The translations under genes were made by a program, and so were the position numbers. A model generated the notes under the pieces. That model was given only the letters and a program-made list of their open reading frames with translations. It did no database searches and had not been told where the DNA came from. A stretch of 43,551 bases of DNA. Source: a virus. Taxonomy: Duplodnaviria; Heunggongvirae; Uroviricota; Caudoviricetes. Shown piece after piece: positions 29,461 through 38,817 of the stretch. Within the stretch, counting starts at the first letter, position 1; every line of letters begins with the position of its first letter. The DNA lies in IMG/VR virus record IMGVR_UViG_2718217869_000004. The stretch is one strand, 5' to 3'.

Positions 29461-30852
29461 TCACTTAATAGGATTTGGTTTTATGTCGTCAAGCCAGTCG
29501 TTATCACCTCTTAGCTTGGCTACTCGTCCTTCAACATTAGTTAATGGTTTATAAGCAGAGTATTTGCCTATAGCCCTAGCAGAATGCTCTCCAGCAACAC
29601 GATAATTTTGGAAGTCCAACTCAAGTCCATGCTGCTCCGCTCTCATTCGAATATAACCACGAAGCATGTTTTCTCTAAATCGAAACCAAGATGGACGATT
29701 CCCTAAAGCAGGGATGATGATGCATCCAAATGTCGGTTTCTTCAATGCGTTGAACTTTCGCTCAAACGTGGATTTATCTAAAGGTGTTACATCAAGCGAT
29801 TTGCAAATTTTAACGTACGATTCTGATATATGAGTCTTATGTCTGGTCAAATCAGCCATATCGGACATAGCCCAAAGAATATGCTTATATGACTCATCAC
29901 GTCCCTCTGTTGCATCCGTGTAACTTTGCCTTAAAGTTTCCGAGACTGAATCAATTGCATCATTTAACCCTTTAATGAAAAGGTTGTAATCAACAGAGCT
30001 ATATTCACGTATTGAGCTTTGACATGTTAAAAGGATTTTTTCACAAATAAGATGAATGTAGTTCGGGAACCCGTCACTAAGACCCGCAATTTTATAGCGG
30101 ACAGAATCATCGACAGTCAGGCCAAACTCATCGAAAGCATTATCAATTATTTGAAAACGACCATTCCATGGTAAACTATCGAGATGTACCTGATGTATTT
30201 GTCGCTCACTTGATTTATGCCCTCCGATTAAAGTAACGAGAGAATCACCAATCCCCGTAAAAATTAATTTTACTTCACACGCCTGATCACCAAGTTGCTT
30301 AATGAGTGATCCAAACTTTTGTCGTTCTTCATCAGAGTCAATTTGGTCAAACTCATCGATAACTATATAAGGAATCTTTGAGTGAACTTTAGTTAAAAAT
30401 TGCAACGCCCGAACGGCTGCAGAAACTGAGTCAATTTTCAGTTCTGGATAATTATATTTTTGATTTTGACCAGCATTGATACCACCAATTCCAGCCACAT
30501 TTAAGCCAAAGCTCCATCCCTGTGTATCGATTTTCTTATCCTGAGGTGTGCCTCGCAAAATAATGTCATTCATGACACTTGAAAAAGTGGATTCTTTCTC
30601 GCAGCCAACCAAAATAGGTTCAGCATCTTCCTGCAGCTTAAAAGCAACAGTTTGCGCTAAGGATGTCTTTCCTACTCCGCGATCACCATAAATGAAAGCA
30701 TGCCGACCTGTAGCATAAAGCGCCAATTCGAGATCGGTTACATGTTTTTCACGTCCAAATAACAGTTCCATAGAAACAACTGGACCCGTTGGTCGCAAAA
30801 CTTTATGCAGTTTATGCATAAAGTCTCGCAAAGAAAGACCTCCACAGAGCAT
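29461..30852 (-). CDS. P-loop NTPase (AAA+-like ATPase, 463 aa) moron; AT-rich
   Basis: Walker A GDRGVGKTS and Walker B YIVIDEFD; codon usage and AT content differ from flanking phage genes; own terminator downstream. Confidence 0.8.
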   Translation of the reverse strand: MLCGGLSLRDFMHKLHKVLRPTGPVVSMELLFGREKHVTDLELALYATGRHAFIYGDRGVGKTSLAQTVAFKLQEDAEPILVGCEKESTFSSVMNDIILRGTPQDKKIDTQGWSFGLNVAGIGGINAGQNQKYNYPELKIDSVSAAVRALQFLTKVHSKIPYIVIDEFDQIDSDEERQKFGSLIKQLGDQACEVKLIFTGIGDSLVTLIGGHKSSERQIHQVHLDSLPWNGRFQIIDNAFDEFGLTVDDSVRYKIAGLSDGFPNYIHLICEKILLTCQSSIREYSSVDYNLFIKGLNDAIDSVSETLRQSYTDATEGRDESYKHILWAMSDMADLTRHKTHISESYVKICKSLDVTPLDKSTFERKFNALKKPTFGCIIIPALGNRPSWFRFRENMLRGYIRMRAEQHGLELDFQNYRVAGEHSARAIGKYSAYKPLTNVEGRVAKLRGDNDWLDDIKPNPIK

Positions 30853-30913
30853 TTTTATTCTCCTGCATTTTTTTCGAAAACTATAACATCATTCTTTTTG
30901 GCAAGCCTTTCCT

Positions 30914-30940
30914 AAACGCAAAAACCCGCACAATGGCGGG
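30914..30940 (-). terminator. Rho-independent terminator-like hairpin downstream of the Q-like gene
   Basis: Minus strand CCCGC-cattgt-GCGGG followed by TTTTTGCGTTT. Confidence 0.5.
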
Positions 30941-30991
30941 TTCTTACTATTATGTTGCTCAGTTCGCTTTTCGTCCCGAGCTTATCACAAT

Positions 30992-31570
30992 TCAAGCACT
31001 TTCTTGCTCACTTTGCAATTTAAATCTGTCGCTATTTGTGCCAAACGCATCACATAGTGGAGCGTACAGGAGCGATTCGGCCAAACTTATCCATGTGTCA
31101 ACTCGGCGGCGACAGGTAATGAGCGCCCAGTCAGGATGTTTAATATGAAGCTCATTGGCCATTTGCAACTTGCTCTTACGCAGACGATACCGGCCAACAA
31201 TCACACCGTATAGAGAACGGTAATCATTATTCATCAGCACCGAGGCGATCACACCGTCAATCTTCAGGCCTTCATCGTCCGAGCAAAACGCCAGACTACT
31301 TTTGTTTTTACTGTTGAGTATTTCGCGCAAATAAGCTTCGAGCTCTGGTTTCGTAATGCCTGACTTTTTCATACGGCGCAGCGCATCGTTGATTGCAGTT
31401 TTGGTAATTTTGCTGGATACAAGCAGTTGGTTAAACATGTTACCGCTAGTCCCTCCACTGATATAAGACCAACGCCCCCACATGCGGAGCTTCCCCTGAA
31501 CCCAGATACTTTCCAGAGTACGAAGACGAACCATTTCACCCGTTTTGCCAATTTCAGAAGGATTAATCAT
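30992..31570 (-). CDS. Putative late-gene antiterminator (Q-like)
   Basis: 192-aa ORF upstream of the lysis cassette and downstream of RusA/DUF968; family assignment unverified. Confidence 0.45.
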   Translation of the reverse strand: MINPSEIGKTGEMVRLRTLESIWVQGKLRMWGRWSYISGGTSGNMFNQLLVSSKITKTAINDALRRMKKSGITKPELEAYLREILNSKNKSSLAFCSDDEGLKIDGVIASVLMNNDYRSLYGVIVGRYRLRKSKLQMANELHIKHPDWALITCRRRVDTWISLAESLLYAPLCDAFGTNSDRFKLQSEQESA

Positions 31571-31584
31571 TTAGAGTTCTCCAC

Positions 31585-32580
31585 TTACGCCAGCACGCCA
31601 ATTGCCAGCGCACGATCAATAAAACGAAATATCAGCTCCAACTGGGAGCCATACTTCTCTTCAAATACCACGGTATCCGCATGCAGCTCGTCGTGATGCT
31701 TTCTGCACAAAGGCAACACAAAAAGGTCATGCGCTTTTGTACCCATTCCACCCTGACCGTGACCTATCAGGTGGTGGGCATCATCAGCAGGCTTTCCACA
31801 ACATGCGCACGGCTGCGTCTTAACCCAGCGCGTGTACTTTTCATTAACCCAGCGGCGACGTTTTGGGCGTAACATAAAAGACTCCGGCGACTCCGGATCC
31901 ACTTTCAGCGCCAGCACCTTTTTCGCTTTATCCTGGATGATGCTGGTGGAAGGAACCGAAGGCACAAGGTCACTTTCCCGGGTGACAGATGGCACAACAG
32001 GCTTCGGTAATCTCAGTGCCTTACGGGCTGCACTTTCCGGTAAGGCATCCGCCAGGTCATTACGAACCAGCCACCAGCACAGTTCCGGCATTGTCACAAC
32101 GTGACTATCATTAAAACCGAGATCCCGACGCACGACAGATAACACCCACCGGGCACAGTTATCCGTTGCCATTGATTCCAGCCGTTCCGTGAACTGATCG
32201 CGCAGCTGGTTATCACAGTGCCAGCACAGACGGATTGCGCCCGGCGCGTGTCGCATTGTGGTCATGTTCTCGCTGTGCCAGTCGGAATGAGGCCACTGGC
32301 AGCCTTTTTCACGAAGTAACCAGCTTTCAAGACATTCCACCCCACCAGCACGACGAATCACTGCCTCATTACGGAACACGGCCCGAACGACAGGATCATC
32401 CGCCAGCGGTTGTGATGCCGCGGGAACGGCACCACTGGCGAAAGATGAATAATGCTCCGGCTCAGGCTCCAGCAGGACACGCCCCTGCATAAACAGGGGC
32501 ATCAGCTCTGAACCTGGTCTGAACAATACGATCCCCATACGCGGGGCAATTTCAGGGGTCAGTAGTGCTCTCACGGTCAC
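31585..32580 (-). CDS. DUF968-like phage protein with C-terminal His/Cys-rich nuclease-like motif
   Basis: ...CACCGKPADDAHHLIGHGQGGMGTKAHDLFVLPLCRKHHDELH... Confidence 0.7.
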   Translation of the reverse strand: MTVRALLTPEIAPRMGIVLFRPGSELMPLFMQGRVLLEPEPEHYSSFASGAVPAASQPLADDPVVRAVFRNEAVIRRAGGVECLESWLLREKGCQWPHSDWHSENMTTMRHAPGAIRLCWHCDNQLRDQFTERLESMATDNCARWVLSVVRRDLGFNDSHVVTMPELCWWLVRNDLADALPESAARKALRLPKPVVPSVTRESDLVPSVPSTSIIQDKAKKVLALKVDPESPESFMLRPKRRRWVNEKYTRWVKTQPCACCGKPADDAHHLIGHGQGGMGTKAHDLFVLPLCRKHHDELHADTVVFEEKYGSQLELIFRFIDRALAIGVLA

Positions 32581-32581
32581 C

Positions 32582-33424
32582 TCAATGAACGGTATCGAGC
32601 AGCTTTAACAGCTCAGGGAATCGGGATTCGAAAAAGTGCGGCTGCGTCTCGCGCGGATTTGCGGGACTGGTGATGTTCTTGCCGAACATGCAGCCTTTCG
32701 CTGTCAGCGACCAGAATTTTTTGATGTTGTTAATCGCGGTACGGCTGTATCGTTCGCGCTGTTCGACGATCCCCAGCTTCACCATCTGGTGATATGCCTG
32801 ATTAGCCGTAAGGCGGATACCATACTGCTTCAGCAGTGCACTCAATGATAGCGTAGGGCGGCTTGAGCCATCGAGTGCATCAGCAGGAGCATCAATGGCA
32901 TAGCGCGGTGCCAGATTCGGTAAGCCAACAGCCTCCTGGAGTTTCTGACAGGCACCAAGCACAGATGAGTTAGACAGGTTTAACTCCCGACGCATAAAGT
33001 CCAGCAGAATCACACCAGCCTGCATCTTGTCAGCAGCCTGTCCGGATAATTTTTCCGGTGCGCTGGTTACCATGTCGAAAGTACGGATCACCTTCAGATG
33101 GAATGACGGGCTGATCCACATTGCATAGGCATACACCAGTTCCTTGCAGACATAAGTTCCCCGTTCATTTCCCCCATGAATCACACTCACCGGGTCAACA
33201 CCCAAATTCTGGGTGTTGGTCAATTCATGAACGAGTTCAACAGTTTGTTGGCTGGAAAGAAACTTTCCTGGCTCCTTGGTTCTGGCATTTGCACCAGATG
33301 CTACTGCTGCGCGATGCAGATCGTTCAGGCTGTAACGCCCATAAGCATCACGACGAACTTCAATACCATCAATGACCATCAGATTATTCATACTTCGTTT
33401 CTCCTCTTGATCAGGCGGCTGCAC
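32582..33424 (-). CDS. KilA-N domain protein (antirepressor-like); alternative start at 33391
   Basis: N-terminal MNNLMVIDGIEVRRDAYGRYSLNDLHRA...GTYVCKELVYAYAMWISP resembles the KilA-N DNA-binding domain. Confidence 0.7.
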   Translation of the reverse strand: MQPPDQEEKRSMNNLMVIDGIEVRRDAYGRYSLNDLHRAAVASGANARTKEPGKFLSSQQTVELVHELTNTQNLGVDPVSVIHGGNERGTYVCKELVYAYAMWISPSFHLKVIRTFDMVTSAPEKLSGQAADKMQAGVILLDFMRRELNLSNSSVLGACQKLQEAVGLPNLAPRYAIDAPADALDGSSRPTLSLSALLKQYGIRLTANQAYHQMVKLGIVEQRERYSRTAINNIKKFWSLTAKGCMFGKNITSPANPRETQPHFFESRFPELLKLLDTVH

Positions 33425-33800
33425 CCGCCGTTTTCTCGTACTTACTGATAGTGATCTCGACCTTCCCTTCCGGGATAACCGGTCCCCACTCCACCAGCAT
33501 TCTTTTCACCTGGCTGTCGTCTTCCCACACACCCGCGTGGGTCAGGGCGTCAAACAGTGCCTTGTTATAGTTGTCCAGATCGCGGATCCGGTTATCCGGA
33601 GGAAACAACACAATCTCCACTGAAGCAGGTGCCGACGTTGGTTTCGGCAGACGACGTAACTGCTCAACTATTGCTGCGCACGCCGCGCTCTGGAATTTTC
33701 GCCCCGCCGCACTTATCAGGCTCTTACCAGCAAATGCCCCTTTGTTGGGGTGTCGCCAGTAGGTGTTCACGCTGGGTGGAAAAGGCAGAATCAGCTTCAT
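33411..33800 (-). CDS. rusA: RusA Holliday-junction resolvase
   Basis: MKLILPFPPSVNTYWRH...DLDNYNKALFDALTHAGVWEDDSQV... matches RusA motifs. Confidence 0.85.
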   Translation of the reverse strand: MKLILPFPPSVNTYWRHPNKGAFAGKSLISAAGRKFQSAACAAIVEQLRRLPKPTSAPASVEIVLFPPDNRIRDLDNYNKALFDALTHAGVWEDDSQVKRMLVEWGPVIPEGKVEITISKYEKTAGAAA

Positions 33801-34123
33801 ACTTTCAGCCCCCTCTCATGTAACCAGTGGGTTGCACGCAGCCTGGCGTTTTCCTCACCGGCAAGCAGTGAGCGGATAATCCCGACCGCCTCGCTGTCGT
33901 CATCCTTCACCGCGGTATGAAGCGTGATGCCCCGGGCCACGCCACGCTTTATCGTGATGACGCCTTTTTTCTCCAGTGCGCGAAGATGCTCCACCGCTGC
34001 ATTCACTGAACGGTATCCCAGCATGGTTGCCACCTCCTGATTGGTTGGCGGGAAGCCACGTTCTTTCTGATAAGAAATCAGCATATCCAGCACCTGCTGC
34101 TGGCATTGAGTTAACGTCGTCAT
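33797..34123 (-). CDS. LexA-like N-terminal winged-helix DNA-binding domain protein (no peptidase domain)
   Basis: ...QQQVLDMLISYQKERGFPPTNQEVATMLGYRSVNAAVEHLRALEKKGVITI... parallels LexA residues 1-70; ORF ends after about 108 aa. Confidence 0.7.
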   Translation of the reverse strand: MTTLTQCQQQVLDMLISYQKERGFPPTNQEVATMLGYRSVNAAVEHLRALEKKGVITIKRGVARGITLHTAVKDDDSEAVGIIRSLLAGEENARLRATHWLHERGLKV

Positions 34124-34773
34124 GCCGCCATCTCCCTGACCAGTTTTTCTGCCTGCTGGCGAACCTGCGCCAGAAAGGCCTCACCACATGCCTCAAGTTC
34201 ATCGCGCCCGATGTAGCTGATTGCCGGTCCCTTCCAGGTCTTGTCGAAAACAGCAATAGCACCAGCGAAGAAAGCGCCTGTCGGCACCTGCTTCTCATCC
34301 TTCGGGATAAACCAGGCAGGCAGTTCAAAACCAATACGCCCGCGAATAAAAGCAATATGATCTGCATCTTCCGGCCACCACACTTCGCTGGTGGCAACTT
34401 TGATCAGGAAAACATAGCGCCCACCTTTATCACGCATGGCACTGGCATGCTTCATGATGTAACGCATGCCTGTGATGTATTGCCCCTCATGCTGACTGGC
34501 GCGGCTGTATGGGGGATTACCAAAGGCAGCACCTTTAAGCTCCGCAAGACGTTCTGACCAGTCATGCGCCAGCGCGTTGTCTTCCGCCGTGTAATACGCG
34601 GCACATTTGGCGTTACCACCGTCGGTGAACAGATCCAGAACAAACGGGCCAAACAGGGTGTTAATTCCCCAGAAAATGTTGTCCGGCGTGCGCCACTGAT
34701 CGCCCACTTCCTTCAGTTCATGGGCTGGTTTGTTCCGCAGCTCCACCAGCGCCTGGCAATATTTATTACTCAT
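34120..34773 (-). CDS. Phage N6-adenine DNA methyltransferase (Dam-like)
   Basis: GNPPY catalytic motif (...AAFGNPPYSRA...); start coupled (TAATG) to the upstream gene stop. Confidence 0.8.
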   Translation of the reverse strand: MSNKYCQALVELRNKPAHELKEVGDQWRTPDNIFWGINTLFGPFVLDLFTDGGNAKCAAYYTAEDNALAHDWSERLAELKGAAFGNPPYSRASQHEGQYITGMRYIMKHASAMRDKGGRYVFLIKVATSEVWWPEDADHIAFIRGRIGFELPAWFIPKDEKQVPTGAFFAGAIAVFDKTWKGPAISYIGRDELEACGEAFLAQVRQQAEKLVREMAA

Positions 34774-35267
34774 TAAGCCCCCACGTAATTCCCTGACAGA
34801 TACCACTCTTCACCCGATGCAGCGCGCTTGCTGCTTTTCCGTAAGCACCGCTCACGACGCGCCAGAAAATTGTTTCGTTCTGGCTGGGAGTGGCTTTCAC
34901 GGAATGCCGCCATCCACACGGTTGCAGCACGACGAAATAAGCCCCTGGACTCCAGTTCTTCCGCCTGGCGGGCCAGGTACAAAATCACCCGCGGGTCGTT
35001 AGTGCCGACATAGAAATTGCGCACAGGTCTGGTTTCACGAACTGGTTGCCGTTCCGCCTCCGGCGATATCTTTGTCTGGCGCGGGAAATGTCTGCGTGTA
35101 TCCCCTTCACAACGGTGAGCCACACGCCCACTCTGACGTAACTTGCTTGCTGACTGCAGAACGCGCTGCCGTGAGTAACCTGCAAAAGCATCCGCAATGT
35201 CACCGGAAGTACACCCCGGATGGGCTTCAATGAATTTCTGAACGTCATTTAACAGACTCATGATCAC
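34773..35267 (-). CDS. Hypothetical phage protein (YfdN-like, 164 aa)
   Basis: ORF between the replication gene and the methylase; Arg-rich C-terminus. Confidence 0.55.
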   Translation of the reverse strand: MIMSLLNDVQKFIEAHPGCTSGDIADAFAGYSRQRVLQSASKLRQSGRVAHRCEGDTRRHFPRQTKISPEAERQPVRETRPVRNFYVGTNDPRVILYLARQAEELESRGLFRRAATVWMAAFRESHSQPERNNFLARRERCLRKSSKRAASGEEWYLSGNYVGA

Positions 35268-36205
35268 CCCCTGAATCCTGCCGGGATCTGGCTGTAGTCC
35301 ACGTTGTCGTAACTGGCTTTGAAGTACGGGTCCTCGCGTTTTTCGGTGTACGTACTTACGGACGGCGATAAGCGCAGGGAAAGCTCATCCCATTTTTCCC
35401 GCAGCTTCGACGGGCTGAGCACGTTACGGCACCAGAACGGATCGCGGCTGACGCGGCTGTACATCTCGCAGATTTGTTTGTGAGTACGACCATCCTGCAC
35501 ACACATCAGGCGAATTTCGTTTGCCCAGGCTGTCCAGTTCGGTTCTTTGGGACGAACCACCTCGCCGTCACATTCGGCAGCCTGCTCGTACAGGGCGATG
35601 ATTTTTTTCCAGAGCCACTGTGCGCAGGTCAAATCATCCTGCGTTCCCCACTGGCGCTTTTTAGGGCTGAATACAACAGCATCAGGATGGCGAGTTAAAA
35701 ACTCCTGTTCAGCCGTCTGCGTGTCCGGTTGCGAAGCGTCCGGACGAGAAGTTTTTTTATCTGACGGATCATGTTTTGATTTTACTGACGGATCCCCGCC
35801 AGATTCTGACGGGTGAAAACCCGCTTTTTTGCCAGATTTCGACGCATCAAATTTTGACGGGGCAGATTTTGATGCGTCAGATTTTGACGGGTCAGAATCT
35901 GACAGTTGAGAAAATGCCGCTGCCTGAAGCTTCGCAACGTTAAGCTGATAAACATTCGACGCATTGCGGTTACCCTGGCGACGCGCCTTACGCGTTAACC
36001 AGCCTTCTGCTTCCAGCCGTGCGATAGCCGTTCTGACGGTACTCATCCCCGCGCCAATCTGGCGGGCAATGGTTTCAATTGATGGCCAGCACACACCTTC
36101 GTCATTACTGAAATCAGCCAGGCGGGCCATAATTGCCACGCTGGATAACTTCATGCCTGACGCAGCGCAACCATCCCATACATAGCCGGTTAATTTAGTG
36201 CTCAT
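35264..36205 (-). CDS. Replication initiator protein (N-terminal HTH, O-like) containing the iteron array
   Basis: N-terminal ...CWPSIETIARQIGAGMSTVRTAIARLEAEGWLT wHTH; central low-complexity SKSDASKS region encoded by iterons. Confidence 0.75.
   Translation of the reverse strand: MSTKLTGYVWDGCAASGMKLSSVAIMARLADFSNDEGVCWPSIETIARQIGAGMSTVRTAIARLEAEGWLTRKARRQGNRNASNVYQLNVAKLQAAAFSQLSDSDPSKSDASKSAPSKFDASKSGKKAGFHPSESGGDPSVKSKHDPSDKKTSRPDASQPDTQTAEQEFLTRHPDAVVFSPKKRQWGTQDDLTCAQWLWKKIIALYEQAAECDGEVVRPKEPNWTAWANEIRLMCVQDGRTHKQICEMYSRVSRDPFWCRNVLSPSKLREKWDELSLRLSPSVSTYTEKREDPYFKASYDNVDYSQIPAGFRG
35755..35909. repeat. Iteron array (about 8 copies of a 15-bp AGATTTTGACGGgTC-like unit): putative origin of replication inside the initiator gene
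   Basis: Direct read of tandem imperfect repeats ttttactgacggatc / agattctgacgggtg / aaattttgacggggc / agattttgatgcgtc / agattttgacgggtc / agaatctgacagttg. Confidence 0.7.
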
Positions 36206-36214
36206 GACCGACCT

Positions 36215-36553
36215 CTATTTCCCTGAATTTACGACGAAACTGTTCGAGCGGGCTGAAGCACTCATGCTCATAGCCTTCGCGGAGGTAGATAACCCGTTGT
36301 GTTTCCGGCTCCCAACGAATGACTCTGACGGGCACTCCGTAGTGATCTTTGAACCAGCGGTTAACTTGTCGCAAAGGACTGTCTCCTTCTGCCGGTTGAA
36401 ATCACCCACAGCCCACTCTGCAAAGCTGTGGGTTACAATTTCCCTGTCACCTGGTACATTTACTGCATAGCAATACTCCACCTTCGCTTTTCCACCCGGT
36501 ACAGGAAGCGCAATCAGTTGCGAGCGACGGTAGTGTGTTGTTAAACTGTTCAT
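36215..36553 (-). CDS. Hypothetical protein; C-terminal half looks low-complexity and a plus-strand ORF overlaps, so the call is uncertain
   Basis: Minus-strand ORF in a minus-strand operon context. Confidence 0.3.
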   Translation of the reverse strand: MNSLTTHYRRSQLIALPVPGGKAKVEYCYAVNVPGDREIVTHSFAEWAVGDFNRQKETVLCDKLTAGSKITTECPSESFVGSRKHNGLSTSAKAMSMSASARSNSFVVNSGK

Positions 36554-37158
36554 GCGTTAGTTTCTCCACAGTCACGACACGCCACGGCGCCCGGAGCTGC
36601 ACACTCGCGGGCGTCATTACTTTCTGAAATGCAAAAAATTTTGTAGACCAGTGCTGCATGCTCCTGCAGCTTCGAAATTGAGAGGTACAGCTCGTCGTTA
36701 ATTGCTGTCTTCTCATGCGGTTCCACTACACCGTCTTCAATTGCTGAACGAATCTGTTTTGAATAACTGCCGATCTGTTCAATGACTTCCAGCAGGCGCT
36801 GGTTAATATCGGCGTTGTCCACATCCTCGACGTCAGGAAGAGACACAAAGACGCCATTTGCAGACTGCGCCACAGCGTCAGCAATGAAGTGAGTTCCACC
36901 AGCACGTTGCAAAATCATTGCCCATCCCAGCGGGAAAATCTGATCGCCATCGGCACGAAGGCGGTTAAATAATGCGTTCTCTGTTACATCCAGCCAGTCA
37001 GCTGCTTCAGCGTAACCACCCGGCAACTTTGCGATAGTTTTTCTGACAGCTTTCACGTACCACTCAGGCTGTTTTTCTACTTTCCAGTGATGCTTACCCA
37101 CGGTTAGCCTCATCGTTCTGTGGTTTCTGTTAATCGATTTATCCATTAGATTTTTCAT
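36550..37158 (-). CDS. Phage regulatory protein, CII-like
   Basis: Position immediately downstream of cro-like gene; family call from memory, start codon uncertain (37146 or 37158). Confidence 0.5.
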   Translation of the reverse strand: MKNLMDKSINRNHRTMRLTVGKHHWKVEKQPEWYVKAVRKTIAKLPGGYAEAADWLDVTENALFNRLRADGDQIFPLGWAMILQRAGGTHFIADAVAQSANGVFVSLPDVEDVDNADINQRLLEVIEQIGSYSKQIRSAIEDGVVEPHEKTAINDELYLSISKLQEHAALVYKIFCISESNDARECAAPGAVACRDCGETNA

Positions 37159-37339
37159 AAAGCTCAGGTTTAAATGGCAACCGTCCGCAAGTTCTATATG
37201 CAGCTTCTGCTGCACGTCCTTTTGGAATTAACTGGCCCGGACGGTTTCGCCACTGATAAACGGCTTCAGTTGTTATGCCGAAAAAAGCAGCAACTTTCTC
37301 AATACTGCCGAAGTAGCTTTCGATATCGTCAGTTGTCAT
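37139..37339 (-). CDS. cro: Cro-like HTH regulator
   Basis: 66 aa, ...GSIEKVAAFFGITTEAVYQWRNR... HTH; divergent from the CI-like repressor. Confidence 0.75.
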   Translation of the reverse strand: MTTDDIESYFGSIEKVAAFFGITTEAVYQWRNRPGQLIPKGRAAEAAYRTCGRLPFKPELYEKSNG

Positions 37340-37436
37340 ACGCCCTCCAAACTAAGTTTTATTAGATGCTAATTACAAATCTATCTTTGGTCAATAAAAA
37401 CTAAGATTACTTAGTAATTAAAGAAATGGTGCTCCT
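37340..37436. promoter_or_regulatory. Divergent immunity promoter/operator region (between cro-like and cI-like genes)
   Basis: AT-rich 97 bp with repeated ACTAAG half-sites: ACTAAGattaCTTAGT palindrome at 37400-37415 and actaagttttattagat at 37351-37367. Confidence 0.6.
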
Positions 37437-38063
37437 ATGGAAACGGTTGGTCAGCGTATAAAAGCTCTGAGAAGAGTTACCAGAACGTCCCAGAAAGAAT
37501 TGGGTAAATTTTGTGGAGTAAGCGACGTTGCTGTGGGGTACTGGGAGAAAGACATCAATACCCCTGGTGGGGAGGCACTTTCGAAATTAGCGAAGTTCTT
37601 CAATACGTCAATAGATTACATTCTTTATGGTGCTGAGTTTGAAGGCAAACTCGTCACAAACATGCGCAGAGTTCCTGTAATATCGTGGGTTCAGGCTGGG
37701 CAGTTTACTGAGTGCAGGGCAGCAGAAGTGTTTAGTGAAGTGGACAAGTGGGTAGATACATCATTAAAGATTGGTGATAACTCATTTGCATTAGAGGTTA
37801 AAGGTGACTCCATGACTAACCCTAATGGCCTCCCAACAATACCAGAAGGCGCAACAGTGATTGTAGATCCAGATGCAGAACCTCGTCATGGAAAAATAGT
37901 CATCGCTCGACTTGATGGAACAAACGAAGCTACAGTAAAAAAATTAGTCATCGATGGCCCTCAAAAGTTTTTAGTGCCATTAAATCCTCGGTATCCCAAC
38001 ATCCCTATCAATGGTAATTGCCTTATCATTGGTGTAGTCAAAGGAGTTCAATACGAACTCTAA
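37437..38063 (+). CDS. cI: CI-like repressor (HTH plus S24 LexA-type autopeptidase domain)
   Basis: N-terminal HTH (...SQKELGKFCGVSDVAVGYWEK...), C-terminal ...GDSMTNPNG...KIVIARLDGTNEATVKKL with Ser/Lys dyad. Confidence 0.9.
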   Translation: METVGQRIKALRRVTRTSQKELGKFCGVSDVAVGYWEKDINTPGGEALSKLAKFFNTSIDYILYGAEFEGKLVTNMRRVPVISWVQAGQFTECRAAEVFSEVDKWVDTSLKIGDNSFALEVKGDSMTNPNGLPTIPEGATVIVDPDAEPRHGKIVIARLDGTNEATVKKLVIDGPQKFLVPLNPRYPNIPINGNCLIIGVVKGVQYEL

Positions 38064-38248
38064 GACCTCTCTTCTCTAACTAAGGCACCGAACTAAGAAA
38101 AGTTTGGTGTTTTCTCTTGCCATAACAACTAAGTTAAGTTAGATTTTATGTCAAAGATAACGAACAGGCAGGACGCCCACGAAGTAGCCGCCTGGGGCAT
38201 ATGAAGTCCAAGATGATTCGTTGAGTCATGTTGTGCCACTAGGCACTC

Positions 38249-38545
38249 ATGTTAAAGCAGGTGTATGAAATGAAAGTCCAGATTTTAAACAATAACTGTG
38301 AAGTCGTTTGGTCATACGACATAGCCGCCCATGTAGATCAGAGCGGCGATAGCTGGGCCAATGGGAAACATCAGATTATGGCTGGAGTTGTATTCTCTTT
38401 ACGCCGTGCTTTAGAACAGGCTGAAGTCTTTCCATCAGACCCTGAATGGAAATGGCCTTTTTCTATTTGTCCAAATTCGGAGAGTACATTTCAGAAAATT
38501 GGTCAGAAAGTCGCACTCGAAGAGCATCAGCCAACTGTTTCCTGA
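38249..38545 (+). CDS. Hypothetical protein (about 91-98 aa)
   Basis: ORF downstream of the cI-like gene; 3' end overlaps the convergent ORF. Confidence 0.4.
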   Translation: MLKQVYEMKVQILNNNCEVVWSYDIAAHVDQSGDSWANGKHQIMAGVVFSLRRALEQAEVFPSDPEWKWPFSICPNSESTFQKIGQKVALEEHQPTVS

Positions 38546-38708
38546 TTTTTTCAGGTAACTCGTCGGCATCGCAGAAACAACAACGCTCGATCATGTTGAA
38601 AGCCGATTCGTAGAACTGTTTTTGCTGAGTGTCGCTGAGACAGGAAAAGAGCGACGTTACGATGATTTTATTAATTGCATTATCAAGTTCTTTTTCATCA
38701 AAAGTCAT
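38463..38708 (-). CDS. Hypothetical protein (81 aa)
   Basis: ORF MTFDEKELDNAINKIIVTSLFSCLSD...; convergent with and overlapping the preceding ORF by 83 nt. Confidence 0.4.
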   Translation of the reverse strand: MTFDEKELDNAINKIIVTSLFSCLSDTQQKQFYESAFNMIERCCFCDADELPEKIRKQLADALRVRLSDQFSEMYSPNLDK

Positions 38709-38817
38709 TTGATTTTCCTTTTATGTATACGGGCTTAAAAGGATACCACCGAGCCTGAAGTGGTGAAAAGACAGGCACATAACAGCTAAGTATTTTCAAC
38801 CAGAGAGAATCCTTAGC

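Noticed and set aside
36198-36470. Plus-strand ORF overlapping the minus-strand hypothetical gene
   Set aside because: All flanking genes are on the minus strand and it has no obvious RBS; kept only as a caveat lowering confidence in the 36215-36553 call.
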